Assembly: GCA_002189035.1 (NCBI GenBank)
Contig: NEEC01000013.1
Location: 248,001-312,000, forward strand
DNA: 64,000 nt
Direction: 5' to 3'
Source: Utricularia gibba
Taxonomy: Eukaryota; Plantae; Magnoliophyta
The notes beneath the pieces are model-generated. The model had not been told where the DNA came from, searched no databases, and saw only the letters and a list, made by a program, of their open reading frames with translations. Position 1 is the first letter of the stretch. Each line of letters opens with the position of its first letter. Positions 12,421-25,222 of this stretch are shown here, one piece after another. Both the position numbers and the translations under genes were made by a program.

Positions 12421-14949
12421 ATGTCTCCGAATCGTGGCAACTTCATGAGGGTAATCGCAAGGCGGTTCTATTCCACGACTAGGTATGAGAGAGTACCTAT
12501 TTTTTTTCCTCTGTATGTTTGTTATTTTACTGCGAAAAAGCTGATGTTTTTTTTTGAAAAATGGGGGCAGGCTTCATATGAATTGGGTAGACCCAGAGGC
12601 CATTAAAACAGGATTCGACGTAGAGACAAGCCGTTATAATTTCCAATTGAAGAGTTTTCTTCGAAGGAACCAGTTCTATGAGGCACGTCAGTTGTTTGAT
12701 AAAATGCCTAGGAAGAACACATGCTCTGTGAACCTGCTAATGTCATGTTGCATCAAAGGGGGTAATCTTGTTTATGCCCGGGAGTTATTTGATGGTATGG
12801 TCGTCCGGACTACAGTTTCGTGGACAATACTTATTGGGGGTATGCACAGAACAAGCAACCCAGAGAAGCATTTCATCTTTACATAGAAATGGTTAGAGAA
12901 GAGATGAAACCTGATCACATTACAATTGCTACTCTTTTATCCGGTTTCGATGAATCGACTGTTGTGAATGAAGTAGGTGAAGTGCATGCTCATATCACTA
13001 GATTAGGATTTGGTCTTGATCTTGCAGTTTGTAACAGTTTATTGGATTCTTACTGCAAATCTGGAAGTGTTGATTTAGCTTTTCAGCTTTTTCTTGATAT
13101 GACTGAAAGAGATATAATTACTTTTAATACAATGGTAACAGGTTTTTCAAAAGAGTGTTTGAGTGAGCAGGCTATAAGTCTCTTCTCTGAAATGCAACAT
13201 CGGGGTTTCAGACCTTCTGAATTCACTTATGCCGCACTTTTACGTGCCTGTGCTGGGATGGATTGCACTGCTTATGGAGAGCGACTGCACGGTTTGGTGA
13301 CTAAAACCAACTTTGTAAGTGATGTATTCGTTGCAAATGCACTTTTGGATTTTTACTCCAAGCATGATTTTGTGGAGTTCATGAACAGATTGTTTGACGA
13401 CATGCATGTGAAGGACGGTGTTTCTTATAATATTATGATAACTAGTTACCTGTGGAGTGGAAAACAAAAGGAATTTGTCTGTTTATTCTGGGAGTTACAG
13501 TCGACGATGTTTGATAGAAGAAACTTTCCTTTCGCAACGATGTTGAGTGTGGCCTCGAATGCAAAATATTTGGATTTAGGAAGACAAATTCATGCACAGG
13601 CATTTCTGGCAAATGCGTGCGAAGAAATTCAAGTGGGGAATTCCCTTGTAGACATGTATGCCAAATGTGGCAGATTTAGGGAAGCGAATATAATTTTTAG
13701 AAAGTTACCCAGAAAGAGCTCTATTGTTTGGACTGCTATCATATCAGCCTGCGTTCAGCAAGGTCTCAATGATGAAGCCCTTAACCTGTACGGTGAAATG
13801 TGTCGAGATAATGTTTGTGGGGATCAAGCAACTTTCGCAAGTACTCTCAAAGCCACAGCAAACTTAGCTTTGCTTTCTGTGGGCAAGCAACTGCACTCAA
13901 GCATAGTTAGAAGTGGATTCATATCTACTGTTTTTTGTGGTTGCGGACTTCTAGACATGTATGCTAAATGTGGTTCTCTCAGAGATGCAGTTGCAATTTT
14001 CAAAAGTATGCCAGAAAGAAATGCCATCTCTTGGAATGCAATGATCTCAGCATATGCTCAAAATGGAGATGGTGTGGCTGCTCTGTCTTCCTTTGAGGAG
14101 ATGGTTGAGTCAGGTACATGCCCAGATCACGTTAGCTTCCTTGGTGTTCTAACTGCCTGCAGCCATTCGGGGCGTGTGAGTGAGGCTAAACGGTATTTTG
14201 ATTCCATGATCCATACATATCACCTTGCCCCGAAGAAAGAACACTACGCATCTTTGGTAGATGTTCTCTGTAGAAGAGGAAAGTTCGAAGAAGCCGAGGT
14301 GCTGATATCACAAATGCCACAAGAACCAGATGAAATCATGTGGTCATCGATTTTAAACTCATGCCGGATCCATAAGAACAAAGAACTCGCTAAAAGGGCT
14401 GCTGGTGCACTTTTCAACCTGGATATGATCAGAGATGCTGCATCCTATGTCACCATGGCCAACATTTACTCGGAAGCCGGTGATTGGGAAAACATGGTCG
14501 AGGTAAAGAAAGCGATGAGAGAAAGAGGAGTTCGAAAAGTTGCTGCTTTCAGTTGGGTTGAAATTCAACAAAAGGTTCATATATTTTCTGCCAATGACAC
14601 TAGTCATTCACTGAACTATGAGATCAGAAAGAAGGTGAATGATTTGCTTGAGCAGATGGTGGAGAAAGGTTACCAACCTGATCTAAGTTGTGTACTTCAA
14701 AATGTTGATGACACAAGCAAAGCTGAATCACTAAAATACCACAGTGAAAGATTGGCCATTGCATTTGCATTGATGAGTACACCCGAGGGAGCACCCATTC
14801 TTGTTGTGAAAAACTTGAGGGCTTGTGTGGATTGCCATGCTGCCATTAAAGTTATTTCTCTGATTGTTCAAAGGGAGATTACTGTTCGTGATTGCAGTAG
14901 GTTTCATCATTTTAAGCAGGGAGTATGTTCATGTGGAGATTTCTGGTAG
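12421..14949 (+). CDS. PLS-class pentatricopeptide repeat protein with E and DYW domains (At2g01510-like RNA-editing factor), with one apparent -1 frameshift
   Basis: PPR motifs throughout. DYW deaminase motifs HSERLAIAF and CVDCH; C-terminus CSCGDFW*. Predicted exon 1 at 12421/12445-12482, GT-AG intron 12483-12570, exon 2 from 12571. The frame changes at the G5 run 12836-12840 (WTILIGG to YAQNKQPREAF). Confidence 0.93.
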
Positions 14950-16681
14950 CCTGGTGTTCATGTGGGGATTTCTGCTAGTCTGCTTATCTCCTTGTAGGCG
15001 GATTCTAAATTTGGTTTTGGTGGAGATAGTACAGTTCCTTCTTAGAATGTTGTGAAATTGAAAGTAAATGGATATGCACTAGGTCTATCGCTCGTGCATC
15101 CCGATCTCCAGTCTCCGAAATGAATTTGGAGGCTTCGAATCAGACGGCGCTGCAGCGCATCATTCCCTACTCGACCCCGGAGCTCGCATCACAGTGTTGT
15201 GTGGAAACGCCTCTTACCCAGAAAATCCCCGGTAACGAAATGTTAGTTTTTGCATGCAAATTTCGAATCACCTTGTCATATTTTTGGTTTTCTTCGTCGG
15301 TGCATATGATTCGGATCTAACACTGGATTATTCACATATTGTTTGCATGGGTTCGGATACTCAGAAACTGAAAATGAACAAATGGGCCCTTGAACCGCAG
15401 CACGCGCTTCATGTTTCGAGATGGTGAGGTCTGCTCTTCGGGTCAAGTGGGGTTTCTGTTATCTGTGCATCTACGTGAAGCGATCTTGGATTGTTTTTTT
15501 ATCACTAGATCTTGGATTTAGTTGTAATGATTCTGTTTTTTTGCTTGTGATTTTTTGTCTTTCTTGCAAGAGGGTAGTGGAGACGCGGGGCACCGTTGGA
15601 TGGAAATTGTGTATACTATTGGAATGAATGTATTGGATTTTCATGGCAAAGGTGCAAAAGCTGATGTGTGCGGATTCAGTGATGCAACGACTTCCAATTT
15701 TTGTTTTTGTTACTGGCGTCCTGATAAAAGGTGTTCTCTTGTTTTAATTCTTGTTCACTTTTGGGCCTGAGTTATGTTGCTTCATGTTTATACAGGAGAA
15801 TTCTACATGAAATCTACCCTGGTTGAAAAAGAGGGTAGGAAAAGAACGTTGCAGTTCAAAACCTAAGATTGCTCTTCATTCGCCATGGAGCATCTACAAT
15901 CAAGTGAAAGCGTATTTGAATTAAGAAAAACCTACAAGGTCTTGGCGTTGTATGTTCATTTGTGGCTGTGAGCAAGCGAACCACAGTTTTTATTCACTTT
16001 TATGACCTTTGGCTAATTTTGTAGCCTCGTCTCCACCCTTTTTCTCCAGCTCGCCACCAAGCAGGACATCGAACCTGATCGTCCAAGATGGAAATGTTCG
16101 CTGGTGCATCCGAAGAAGCAGCTTCGCCGCCGCATTGAACTATCCTGCTGAACACGAGGCCCTTAACGCTTGTTGCTTTTCGAGAAATAGGAGTTCAGCG
16201 AGAGATGAGAAGCTGAAGCTACACAGCGAGACGCATTTATTTCTTCTTTAGTACAACTAAAAAATTGAGTTGAGCCAGGTTTTGCTGATGAGGAAGCTAG
16301 ACTTTTGGCAAGCATGAATGTGAGCGAGCCAACCTGAAGCTGGGAACGAGTGGCTGTGTAATCGCCGGTTCGTTTGCATTATGCAAACCATGAGGATGAG
16401 GTTGGATGGAAAGAATTCGCCCATCAGGTTCAAAGACATCTACCACTCAGAGTTTAGAAAAAATTGCTTCTTATTTATTTGGTCAAGATTTCGGATTTGA
16501 GATGAGTGCACAATGTTGCATTCGACAGCAAAGGGATCCCAAAAGATTTTGCTGAAGAGGAAGAAAGAATATATGGTTCTTGTTCATTGAACCAAAAGAT
16601 TTGCCATCAAAACCGCCGCAAATTCCTATCTAAAACGTGTCAGCCAACACGCAAGAATAACAGGAATGAATGTTCTATTCA

Positions 16682-17079
16682 TCAGAAGCAACAACTGCAA
16701 TCGAAGGGGCAAAGAGCAGTACCTCCAGCATCGGCCTTACCAAGTCCCAACTCTTCTTCTGTGTAAATCGCAAGCCCCTCTAACGTCTTCTTCCTCGGTC
16801 GAGTCGTGCTCCCACCTGCAAACCCTCTCCTTTGCTCCTACTACTCTCTCCTATCCCCTTCTTGTTACGTGTCTTAGCTGCTGAAATGGAAGCCTTGCTC
16901 TGCTTTCTTCCGGCACCCTTGTTTTCCTCTTCCAGCCGCTTTCTCTTTTTAGATGCTGCAAATATCTCATCAATCTCACTGGAAGCTTTCTTCAGCTTCG
17001 AGGATGCCTTCTCCTGTGTGACCACAGCTTTATCCTCCTCTGCTAGTTTAGGCTTCTTTTTCAAGTTGCCACTAACCAT
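16682..17079 (-). CDS. DUF1764 family small basic protein, with one apparent -1 frameshift
   Basis: N-terminal part MVSGNLKKK...SEIDEIFAASKKRKR. In the adjacent frame, the conserved C-terminus RPRKKTLEGLAIYTEEELGLGKADAGGTALCPFDCSCCF* ends at 16682. Adding one base at 16820-16825 joins the frames. A 5'-UTR intron is likely (about 17088-17320). Confidence 0.88.
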
Positions 17080-17379
17080 ATCTGATCCTGTAATCGTAAC
17101 ATACACTTCAACCGACATGAGAAGCAAGTGAGACATATTTACACTTGCTTGAAAATTATGACGATACACCATATGACAATCTGCTCTTTTGAATAAGATT
17201 AGCAGAGTTGCTCAAAGAAACACTGGTTCAGAAATCAGAACAGGCTATAAACAAAAACTGGGGATAGAACCGACGACTTAAGATAAGAAACAAAAAATAA
17301 GCGAGTTCTTGCCTCCATACCTTCGGTTCAGGCTAGTCGCCACCGCCCAAGTGCCGATTGAAGTTACCGTTCGTGCGCC

Positions 17380-17500
17380 ACCTAGGGCTAGGGTTCTGAT
17401 TACCGGGGCGAGAGCGGTGTGGCCATACCCGTCCCTCATCTCGCGGTTAATCGGGGTTTCGCATCAATTCTGTGGGCCGTGTAATTATTTCAATTGGCCC
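17380..17500 (-). promoter_or_regulatory. Probable housekeeping-type promoter of the DUF1764 gene
   Basis: Telo-box-like AACCCTAG (reverse of ctagggtt, about 17390) and site II-like TGGGCC/GGCCCA motifs (17472-17500), just upstream of the inferred 5'-UTR exon. Confidence 0.4.
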
Positions 17501-18771
17501 AATTACTCCAACGCCTTTTTTCACACCAGAATTGACCACATATACGCAATTGCACCCCAAACACTAATAAATGAGAACATTGTAATAAAAATCCCAACTT
17601 TTAATCCATATAACATAATTTATCATCAAACCTTTACTGTTGATCTTCACTATTTCATGAAAATAGATCCCCCACTATTACAATAGCAGATTCATTCAAT
17701 TGTCAATATTTTTTGTACTTGTAAATTACGAATTGCGACACAACATTACAAAATCTCTTTTGCACGACCAGGATGATGCTGAAGTGCCTGAATATGAGAA
17801 AAGATGGTGAAGTGCTTGAATATGAGAAAAGAGGTTTGGTGTAGAAGCCCATAAGATCGTCTAACATTTATGAAGGGTTTAGGGGATCTCACAAGTTTCT
17901 AGATTAATTTGAGAAATGTTCATTTCTTTTCATTGAAATTTGAGAAATGGCCATCTCCTAAAAATTCTTTGCAAATTGAACCATCTAAAAAATGATCAAT
18001 TAAAAGAAAATTATTATTCACATAAATACGTTGATATGCCAGTATATATAGATGAAATATTGAATTTATTTTAATTGGTTATTTTCAAAGTAAACCTAAT
18101 TTTATTAATTAATGTATTTAATTACACATTCTTGTACATAATAGAATAAAATATGTAATAATAACTAATGAATTCTCAAATAATTTACAAACACAAAAGA
18201 TAATTATGCTCTCTTGTAGTTAATTTATATATAAACATTTGCATAATTAAATTATATAATGCAAACAATCACATAATTAAACTATATAAGTATATGTAAC
18301 TAAGTTACATATCATAGAGTAAATTTATTTTTTATATATAATGAATGGTCCAGAAAAAATTGAGGTGCTTTTCACCAATTTTGTTTTTCGTATTACATGT
18401 ATTCTACACACTTCTAGAAATGTAGTAATTTGGAAGAGTCATATAGTATCTATATAGAAACCAACTTGACAAACTAGAGGTCTGGGTATTATTTATTTCC
18501 CTACGTAGCATCTGAAAAAAAAAATGAATGTCTATTATTATGTCCATTTCTGAATTTTTCAAAAACCACTATAATTTGGAAGAGTGATATAGTTTCAATA
18601 TAAAAAGGAAAACATCATTAACCAAATATTGTTTCGATTACAACCATAGTTAATATAAGAAAATCATGTAAATGTTTGCTTCAAACAAAATCAATGAGTG
18701 CAAATATTACAAACATATAATAGAAGTAGAATAACTATTTCTCCTAATAGAATATCCACAATGAAATAGAT

Positions 18772-21500
18772 TTACGTATATTTGTATTTTAGAGACTCAT
18801 AATTGGATATTGTCCACACCGAAATGTTTCCACATATATAGGCACATCATTTGTTTCATATAATTCTTCCAAAAATAATCTAATATGCCCATCACTTTGT
18901 AGTGCATTATCATCCCTTTGCGTCATCTTATAAGAAAAGGGAAATATTGCATTATTTACCAATTGAATATGATAAAATGAAGTTAATATAGTTGAACTAG
19001 TATTAGTTGTATAAAATGAAAAGCATGTTACCGGATTTAGAAGCGATTCCTCTAGTCGATCAACAATGTATTACTTGTATTGTAACGATAGTTAAATGTT
19101 GTATTGTTAAGTATCATTTTTTCACTATTTCTTAGGTTGTTTTTATGCCTAATTGTAATTAGAAATATCTAAAGAGGAGTCTATAATATGAGATTTAAGT
19201 TTTTATCTAGTTTAAGGTAATTATCTTAAATCTTGTATTTTATCAAATAATATTGGTAGTTTTAATTAAGTTTTTTCTAGAGGCGCACACGTGGCAGGAA
19301 GTGAAAGAACGAGGGCAGCAGATGGCGACAAAATGGATCTTCTCGAGCTGACATCTCCTTGATTTCTAAAAGACTGCAGACGCCTAATCATAAGCCTTGA
19401 CATGCGGAACATGGGAGTTGCTGACAGGCGAAATCATTAACGTACCAAAGTCAGAGCAGGCATTCGCTTGCAAGTCACTCCAGTCTAGCAAAACCAGAGG
19501 AACATAGAAACTCAGACAAAATGGTTTAGCTGAGTTCAGTTCGGATGAGTTTGAATTAGTTTTTAGTTTAGTTTAGACTTTTTTTTTTCTCTCTAGAGGA
19601 TTTTCCTCTAGCTTCTCTCTAGAACCTTGCTCTTGTTTTCTTTAGTTTGTATGCCTGTTCGTGGCTAGAAACTTCCGTTTTTAAGTTGGGATACTCCCAG
19701 ATCAATGTTTTGTTAGTTTTTCTTCTTCTTTTCTTTGATTCCAAATGGGTTCCATATGTCTTCACACAACTATGTTACAGTCTTTCTGTAGCAGTCCTCT
19801 TATTCAAGATTCATAATTAGGTGATCACTATCGGTGAGTCTTGAAGAGGAGTAAGGTGGAAAGCATCAACTCATGCCCTTTTGGTAAGAGGAAGACAACG
19901 TTTTGTCTGTGGCCGTACCTCAGGATCAATGAACATATAGTGACCTCGTATTTAGACTCATTGGGTCATTGGCAATACTCGAGCACACGTGCACAATTCG
20001 GTCATGAGGGTACGCTGACAGGATCTCTTATTCTCACGTTCATCCAAGGAGGAGCAACATCAAGTTATTCCCGTGCCTTCTTGCAAGAGAGTGTAAGGGA
20101 GAGTAGACAATTTCTTACTCCTATAACCGAGTACTCGAGAAGACTAGAGAAGAGTGAAGACGCAACGAACATAGCTGGGCAGGATTCCAAACCCAGGAAT
20201 ATTTGCTTTATTTAAGGTTCATCGCTTACGTTTATTTTAATTATTTGTTTAAAACCCCTCTTATTCCCTTACTTAAACTTCATCATTTATGTTTCTCACA
20301 CCTTTACACTACAAAACCATTTACAAATCGTGACAGTTGTATTTGGTGTAACATCACCTTTCATTGAAAAACAACTCTCTGCGTTTTGCATCCGTACTAC
20401 GCTTTTGTGTTTTACGAATTTTAAAAATATTAAAATTTGTTGTGGAAACGACATACATCATGTATCATCATTCTAAATACGCTGTAGTTTTTAAATTTGA
20501 TGGTGCTGAAGCTCCCGTCAATGCATATCCCATGTCATTACATTGACTTATCCCTAACAAAATATAAGCTTTTGATGACTGCAACTCACAATAATATAGT
20601 CGATTACTTTATGTATAAGTGTACTATAAAGAAACAAAGTGATGAATATTTAAATGTAATAGAAGTAAGAAGCACAAAGTTATGAACGTATCAATTTACT
20701 CTATCCGCAAGGATCAAAATGCAATATCAAATGTTTCCATGCACCAATCTAGAAATTTGATACAATTTAATATGAGATAAACTACAATGAAAAACGAACA
20801 TCATTATTATTCATATGGTTAGAGTGGACTAATGTATTGTGCTACTTACTTGCTCGACGCTCAATGATGCAATCTAGTCTTCCAGTTGCTCATCCTTTGT
20901 CCATAAACATGACATCAACATCTTGAGAAATGAACATCGGATATCTTGTTTCATATTGGTAGATAGTGTCTCTTAGTTGTGCAATTTCATTTCTAGTTGG
21001 TTCAAGCTCCTAACGCATCTGGATATTATCACTGTCATCTATTTGTTGAGGGGCATATAAAGGTATGATGGAAGCCACAAAATCATTTTTGATGTGGCAC
21101 TTGTTCCGAGTTTGAGGTCTAATATTCAAATATGAACTTGTCAAAACAAGTTAAAAATACGAGATGAAGTAAAGAGAGTCTTTGCATTTGTGGAAATGAG
21201 TGTGAATTGGAGGTTTTTGCTTAAGATTAATCAATTTGACCAATATGTTTAAAGACATATTATGGTACTAAAGCTTGGAAGTGGCATATGAAGTTCAAAC
21301 ATCTAAACTTTTGTTGATTTAGCTATGCTTAGTAAGAATACAATGGTCAAAAAATATCAAATATCTCACATCTAAATCAAGTGTGTGAAGGATATTTTCT
21401 TAGAAAACAAATAATATATTATACATTTTGACATTTTCGGACCCATCCAGATATATTAATGATTATGCAATAAGATGTCATGGATTTATCTTATGAAGGA
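18772..21500 (-). pseudogene. Chimeric PF04195-like / FCP1(NIF)-like HAD phosphatase gene, copy 3 (most decayed; interrupted by a solo LTR)
   Basis: Manual translation of the minus strand gives KISFTHLI (21375-21395); NEIAQLRDTIYQYETRYP...GRLDCIIERRA|GT (to 20850); exon 20781-20700 IYLILNCIKFLDWCMETFDIAF*SLR; exon 20623-20461 plus 19099-19032 KLIFC*...KLQRI*NDD...YNTSNTLLID...NP|GT; last exon from 18959 VNNAIFPFSYK...IRLFLEEL...DVPIYVETFRCGQYPI. Every block is collinear with copy 2. Confidence 0.82.
19105..20460 (+). mobile_element. Solo LTR, Athila-type subfamily A
   Basis: TGTTAAGT...CATCA termini; perfect 5-bp TSD TGTAT (19100-19104 / 20461-20465); collinear with 29531-30884. Confidence 0.95.
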
Positions 21501-22082
21501 AACATTATTCAATGACATACCATTTCCTTGCATGATATTATTTAATTTGGACATGTAACCTTCACAATTTTATGTTCTCTCCTTCTGTGGGAAACGCCTA
21601 GGATTCTTACATTCTTCCTTGGACCAGGTCCTTTTGCCAACCTTGGAAATATAGCGTCCTCACTGAAGTTTGTGCCACCATCGATTACAAGCATGGATTT
21701 GACTCTAAAATGTAACTATCTAGCCTCTCCTTGCATGATATTGTTCAATTCACATACTCAACTCTCACGCAACTTTAGAGAAAGCCTCTGTATATAAACT
21801 ATCTCTCTACTCCTTTTGTAAACGATATGGAATTTGCATAAAGTACTTAGACCCATTTTTGGGCAGAGCTTTCCAATGATTCATGCCCAAGGCCCAAAAG
21901 TCATGAATCATGACTGTCGAGTCTCATCCAATATTAGGACTCATAAACATTGTCACATAATTACCCAACATGCGTCAATAGTACAAACATCCTGCATATG
22001 AGAGAAAATTAGTAAAATACATATTTTAGAAAAAGTCATTGACAAAATACCGAAGGTTGGGAAAGTGTTTGCAAAATACATG

Positions 22083-23495
22083 TGATAGCACACAAATTTT
22101 CATGTTTTTAGGATATGAAAATCATGTGTTTTAATTATGTTTAGTTGTTTATTTTATAGTTTTAAGTATTTTTATATATAATTTAGGAAAATGTGATTTT
22201 TGGTGTGTTAGTGGGCTAAATCAAAGGATTTAGCCCACCCATGTTCTAACCCAATTTTGAGACCAGCAGATACCCGAAAATCATGGAAAAGTCAAGGATT
22301 TCGTGTAAGATACCGCACATCAAGAGGCAATGAATACGCTGTCCCGACAGCAGACTGCAAGTCAGGAGCAAGAGCAGCGGAACTGTCAGAGAATGTATCT
22401 GCCTTGGGCAGTGGGAGGCGAGAGAAAATGAGAGGAGAGAGAGTCGCAAGACAACAACTTGTTTTTCAGAATACACACGGGGCAGGGGGGGGGGAATTTT
22501 TCTCTCCAACATTCAGTATCCAGAACCTGCAACGCGAACATGAAGAAACTGAAGGAGAAGGAGGAAGAAAAGAGATTTTTCTGGAGAAGAACCTCCAGCG
22601 TGAGAGAAGAAGATCAAGACCCAGTTAGTGCTATTGTTCCGGTCCAGGAACAGTAGCAGACGGAAATCAGAACACTTACTGTTTTTTTTAGTTTGTTGAT
22701 GTCTTTAGTTTCTGCAATCAACTTCTGCACTATGTTCTTAACATTTTCGTTGTTTTATGTTAATGCAATTACATTTTACTTTCAAAGCATGAGTAGCTAA
22801 ACCCTAGGAGTGCTTTAAGGGGAAGCATGATGGTGTGGGTCTAGGAGTCTTAATAAAATTGACCATTGTTTTTTAGCTCTTGTTTCTATTAAACCATGGG
22901 TAGATCTAAGGAGGGGAACAAGTAGCTTCACAACTTAGATGCTTGATTTAGAGGTAGACCAACAAATCAAGATGGGAGCAGTAGGTGTTGTATGCGAGTA
23001 GACCTAATTCTATATGCTTTGCATGCGAGTAGACCTAATTGCAATGTTGGTGATGATATGTGGGACTAGCTTAGTCGAAAATATGATGAATGACCTGGGT
23101 AGACTTAGGTTATTTGAAGTTGTGAGCATAGGAACATGGTAGATTAAATTAGGAATATTGGCACCACACCACCTGTAGATCCTTAAGGCACGTTAGTATT
23201 ATTCTGAGTTAGAACCAGTACCTGTTACCTTAGCGTTAAGACCTGATATTGTTCACTGATCTTGTATGCCAAACTTGTTTACCACTGTTAGTCCGAGCTT
23301 AGACTAAGACTTACTGTTATCCCAAACGATGCATTTACTAAAACACTTAGCAAGCACAAGCTCTTCGTGATTGACCCTGACATCTACTATACAAGTTTTC
23401 TAAATTTGTATTTTGTGTAGATTAGAGACTATAAATTTATTTGATACGGAAATTTGGTTATTATTGCAATGACATGCTAAAATTTCCGTTTATCA
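22083..23495 (+). mobile_element. Solo LTR, Athila-type subfamily D
   Basis: TGATAGCAC...GTTTATCA termini; perfect TSD ACATG (22078-22082 / 23496-23500); reverse-complement match to 34455-35855. Confidence 0.95.
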
Positions 23496-25222
23496 ACATG
23501 TTTTATACATACATCGATATTATCTATATGACAAACTTGTTAGCGTAACTAAAATATATTTGTGTGTCAAGTCTATTTCACTTGCAAAAATACATTTTTT
23601 GCAATTAACATTTTTTCATATCAAATATTTTTTATATTATCAAATAACATATATAAAACTTAGCATTGTACTATATTGAAATTTAATTGTAACTATAAAT
23701 TTTTTATTATAAACTATACGGGGCGTGGCATTCATCATTGGGTTTTAATTATTTTTAAGATTTTTTTGATTTTATTATCCTATGAAGTGGGGTGTAGCAT
23801 TCATGATTATTGGGTTTAAATTTGTTAAATTTTTTAGTATTGGATTTTATTTATGTTATATTAACATTTTTTTGTTTATAAATCTATATTTTTCATTTTA
23901 TAAATTCTACGAGAGGAGATGTACTATTCAGTATGGAGTTTTAATTATGATATTTTTGTAATTTCGAAATATGAAAAAATATAAAATTTTAAAAAGAATA
24001 GTATTTTGCTAATAATATTATAAAACAGGTATATTACTAACAAATTAAGACGACACACCTATACATACAATAAATGTATCTAGAAACATTTATTTTACTA
24101 ATGCTTTGTTTATTTGAGACATTTTAACAACTCAAATTTTTGGATATGTATTTTGACAACCTAGCTATGTTTATGACATATCTCATAACATAGTTAAAGA
24201 TTCTATAACCATTCAAAATCCTCCCATAACTTGGACATCAATACTCCTACTTTAGTTGATCACCCGACCTTTAACTATTCACTTCTACACTTGGAACAAG
24301 TTTGAAATATGAAGTGATCATATTATTGTAATTTGATAAAACATATACATGTATGAAAAAAATAAAGAGTAGAATAGAATCTCAGGAAGAAACACATAAC
24401 CACATTGTGATTCACATAATTTATCTTTATCCAAATCTCTTAATCATGTAGCTTAAGCATCACCTCTAAGTCCTAGGAAGTGCGTCATGTATTGTTTGAG
24501 ATCATAAGTAGTGATCAGAAGAGCCACCAATCAACCACCACATCTAAACACAGATCATATCATGCATACAATATGCTTGTGGGTCTTTCTTGTTTGGCTT
24601 ACCCCATAAGGATGCCTCATACATGTCTAACAAAATCAGCCTTGATTCTTATGGTTAAAACACGTTGCAAGGACTGTGGATCCACACCACTCAATATTTT
24701 CTAAGGTACATTACATAGCATATAAGCAAGGAACATTGAATGTTTCCTACATTTCTTCTATTAGAATCCCATATTTATCGTGTATATCAAACGGTAAAAG
24801 TCTCTTGGAAAATAACCAACCAGAGGCACTTAACCTTTAAATGAAACTTTTAAAGTTAACTCAAAAAGATTTTAAGGACTCTAAACTGATTTTCAAATAC
24901 CAAATAATAAAAGAAAGGATGATTTCAAAAGAACATGTCTTGTTGGACTTTTCACAATAATGAAGAAAGCTAGGTATACAAAACAAGGAAGAATACTTCC
25001 AAAATAAAAGGAAATCACATAAGCAACTGGTCACATTTGTTATCAAGAAACATGAGAAATATGTTTCTTATATCAAATAATATCATTCATCTCATTTACT
25101 TTATTACTTTATTTCATAGCACCCCTTTCTTATACCTAAAACCATGAACCACCCTTATTTTCCTATGTATTCCCTACATCCCTTCCTTTAAAATTCTGCA
25201 TGTTAAAGTTTCCCAAAGTACC

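Noticed and set aside
12836-12840. Programmed frameshifting or RNA-level G insertion as the explanation for frameshifts in host genes
   Set aside because: No shared slippery heptamer or stimulatory structure, and no precedent in these families; sequencing indel error is far more parsimonious.
13240-14607. Several minus-strand ORFs of 67-82 aa inside the PPR gene
   Set aside because: Shadow ORFs of a long coding sequence.
17780-17832. 25-bp unit repeated with a 28-bp period (TGAAGTGCcTGAATATGAGAAAAGA)
   Set aside because: An isolated two-copy slippage duplication with no further structure.
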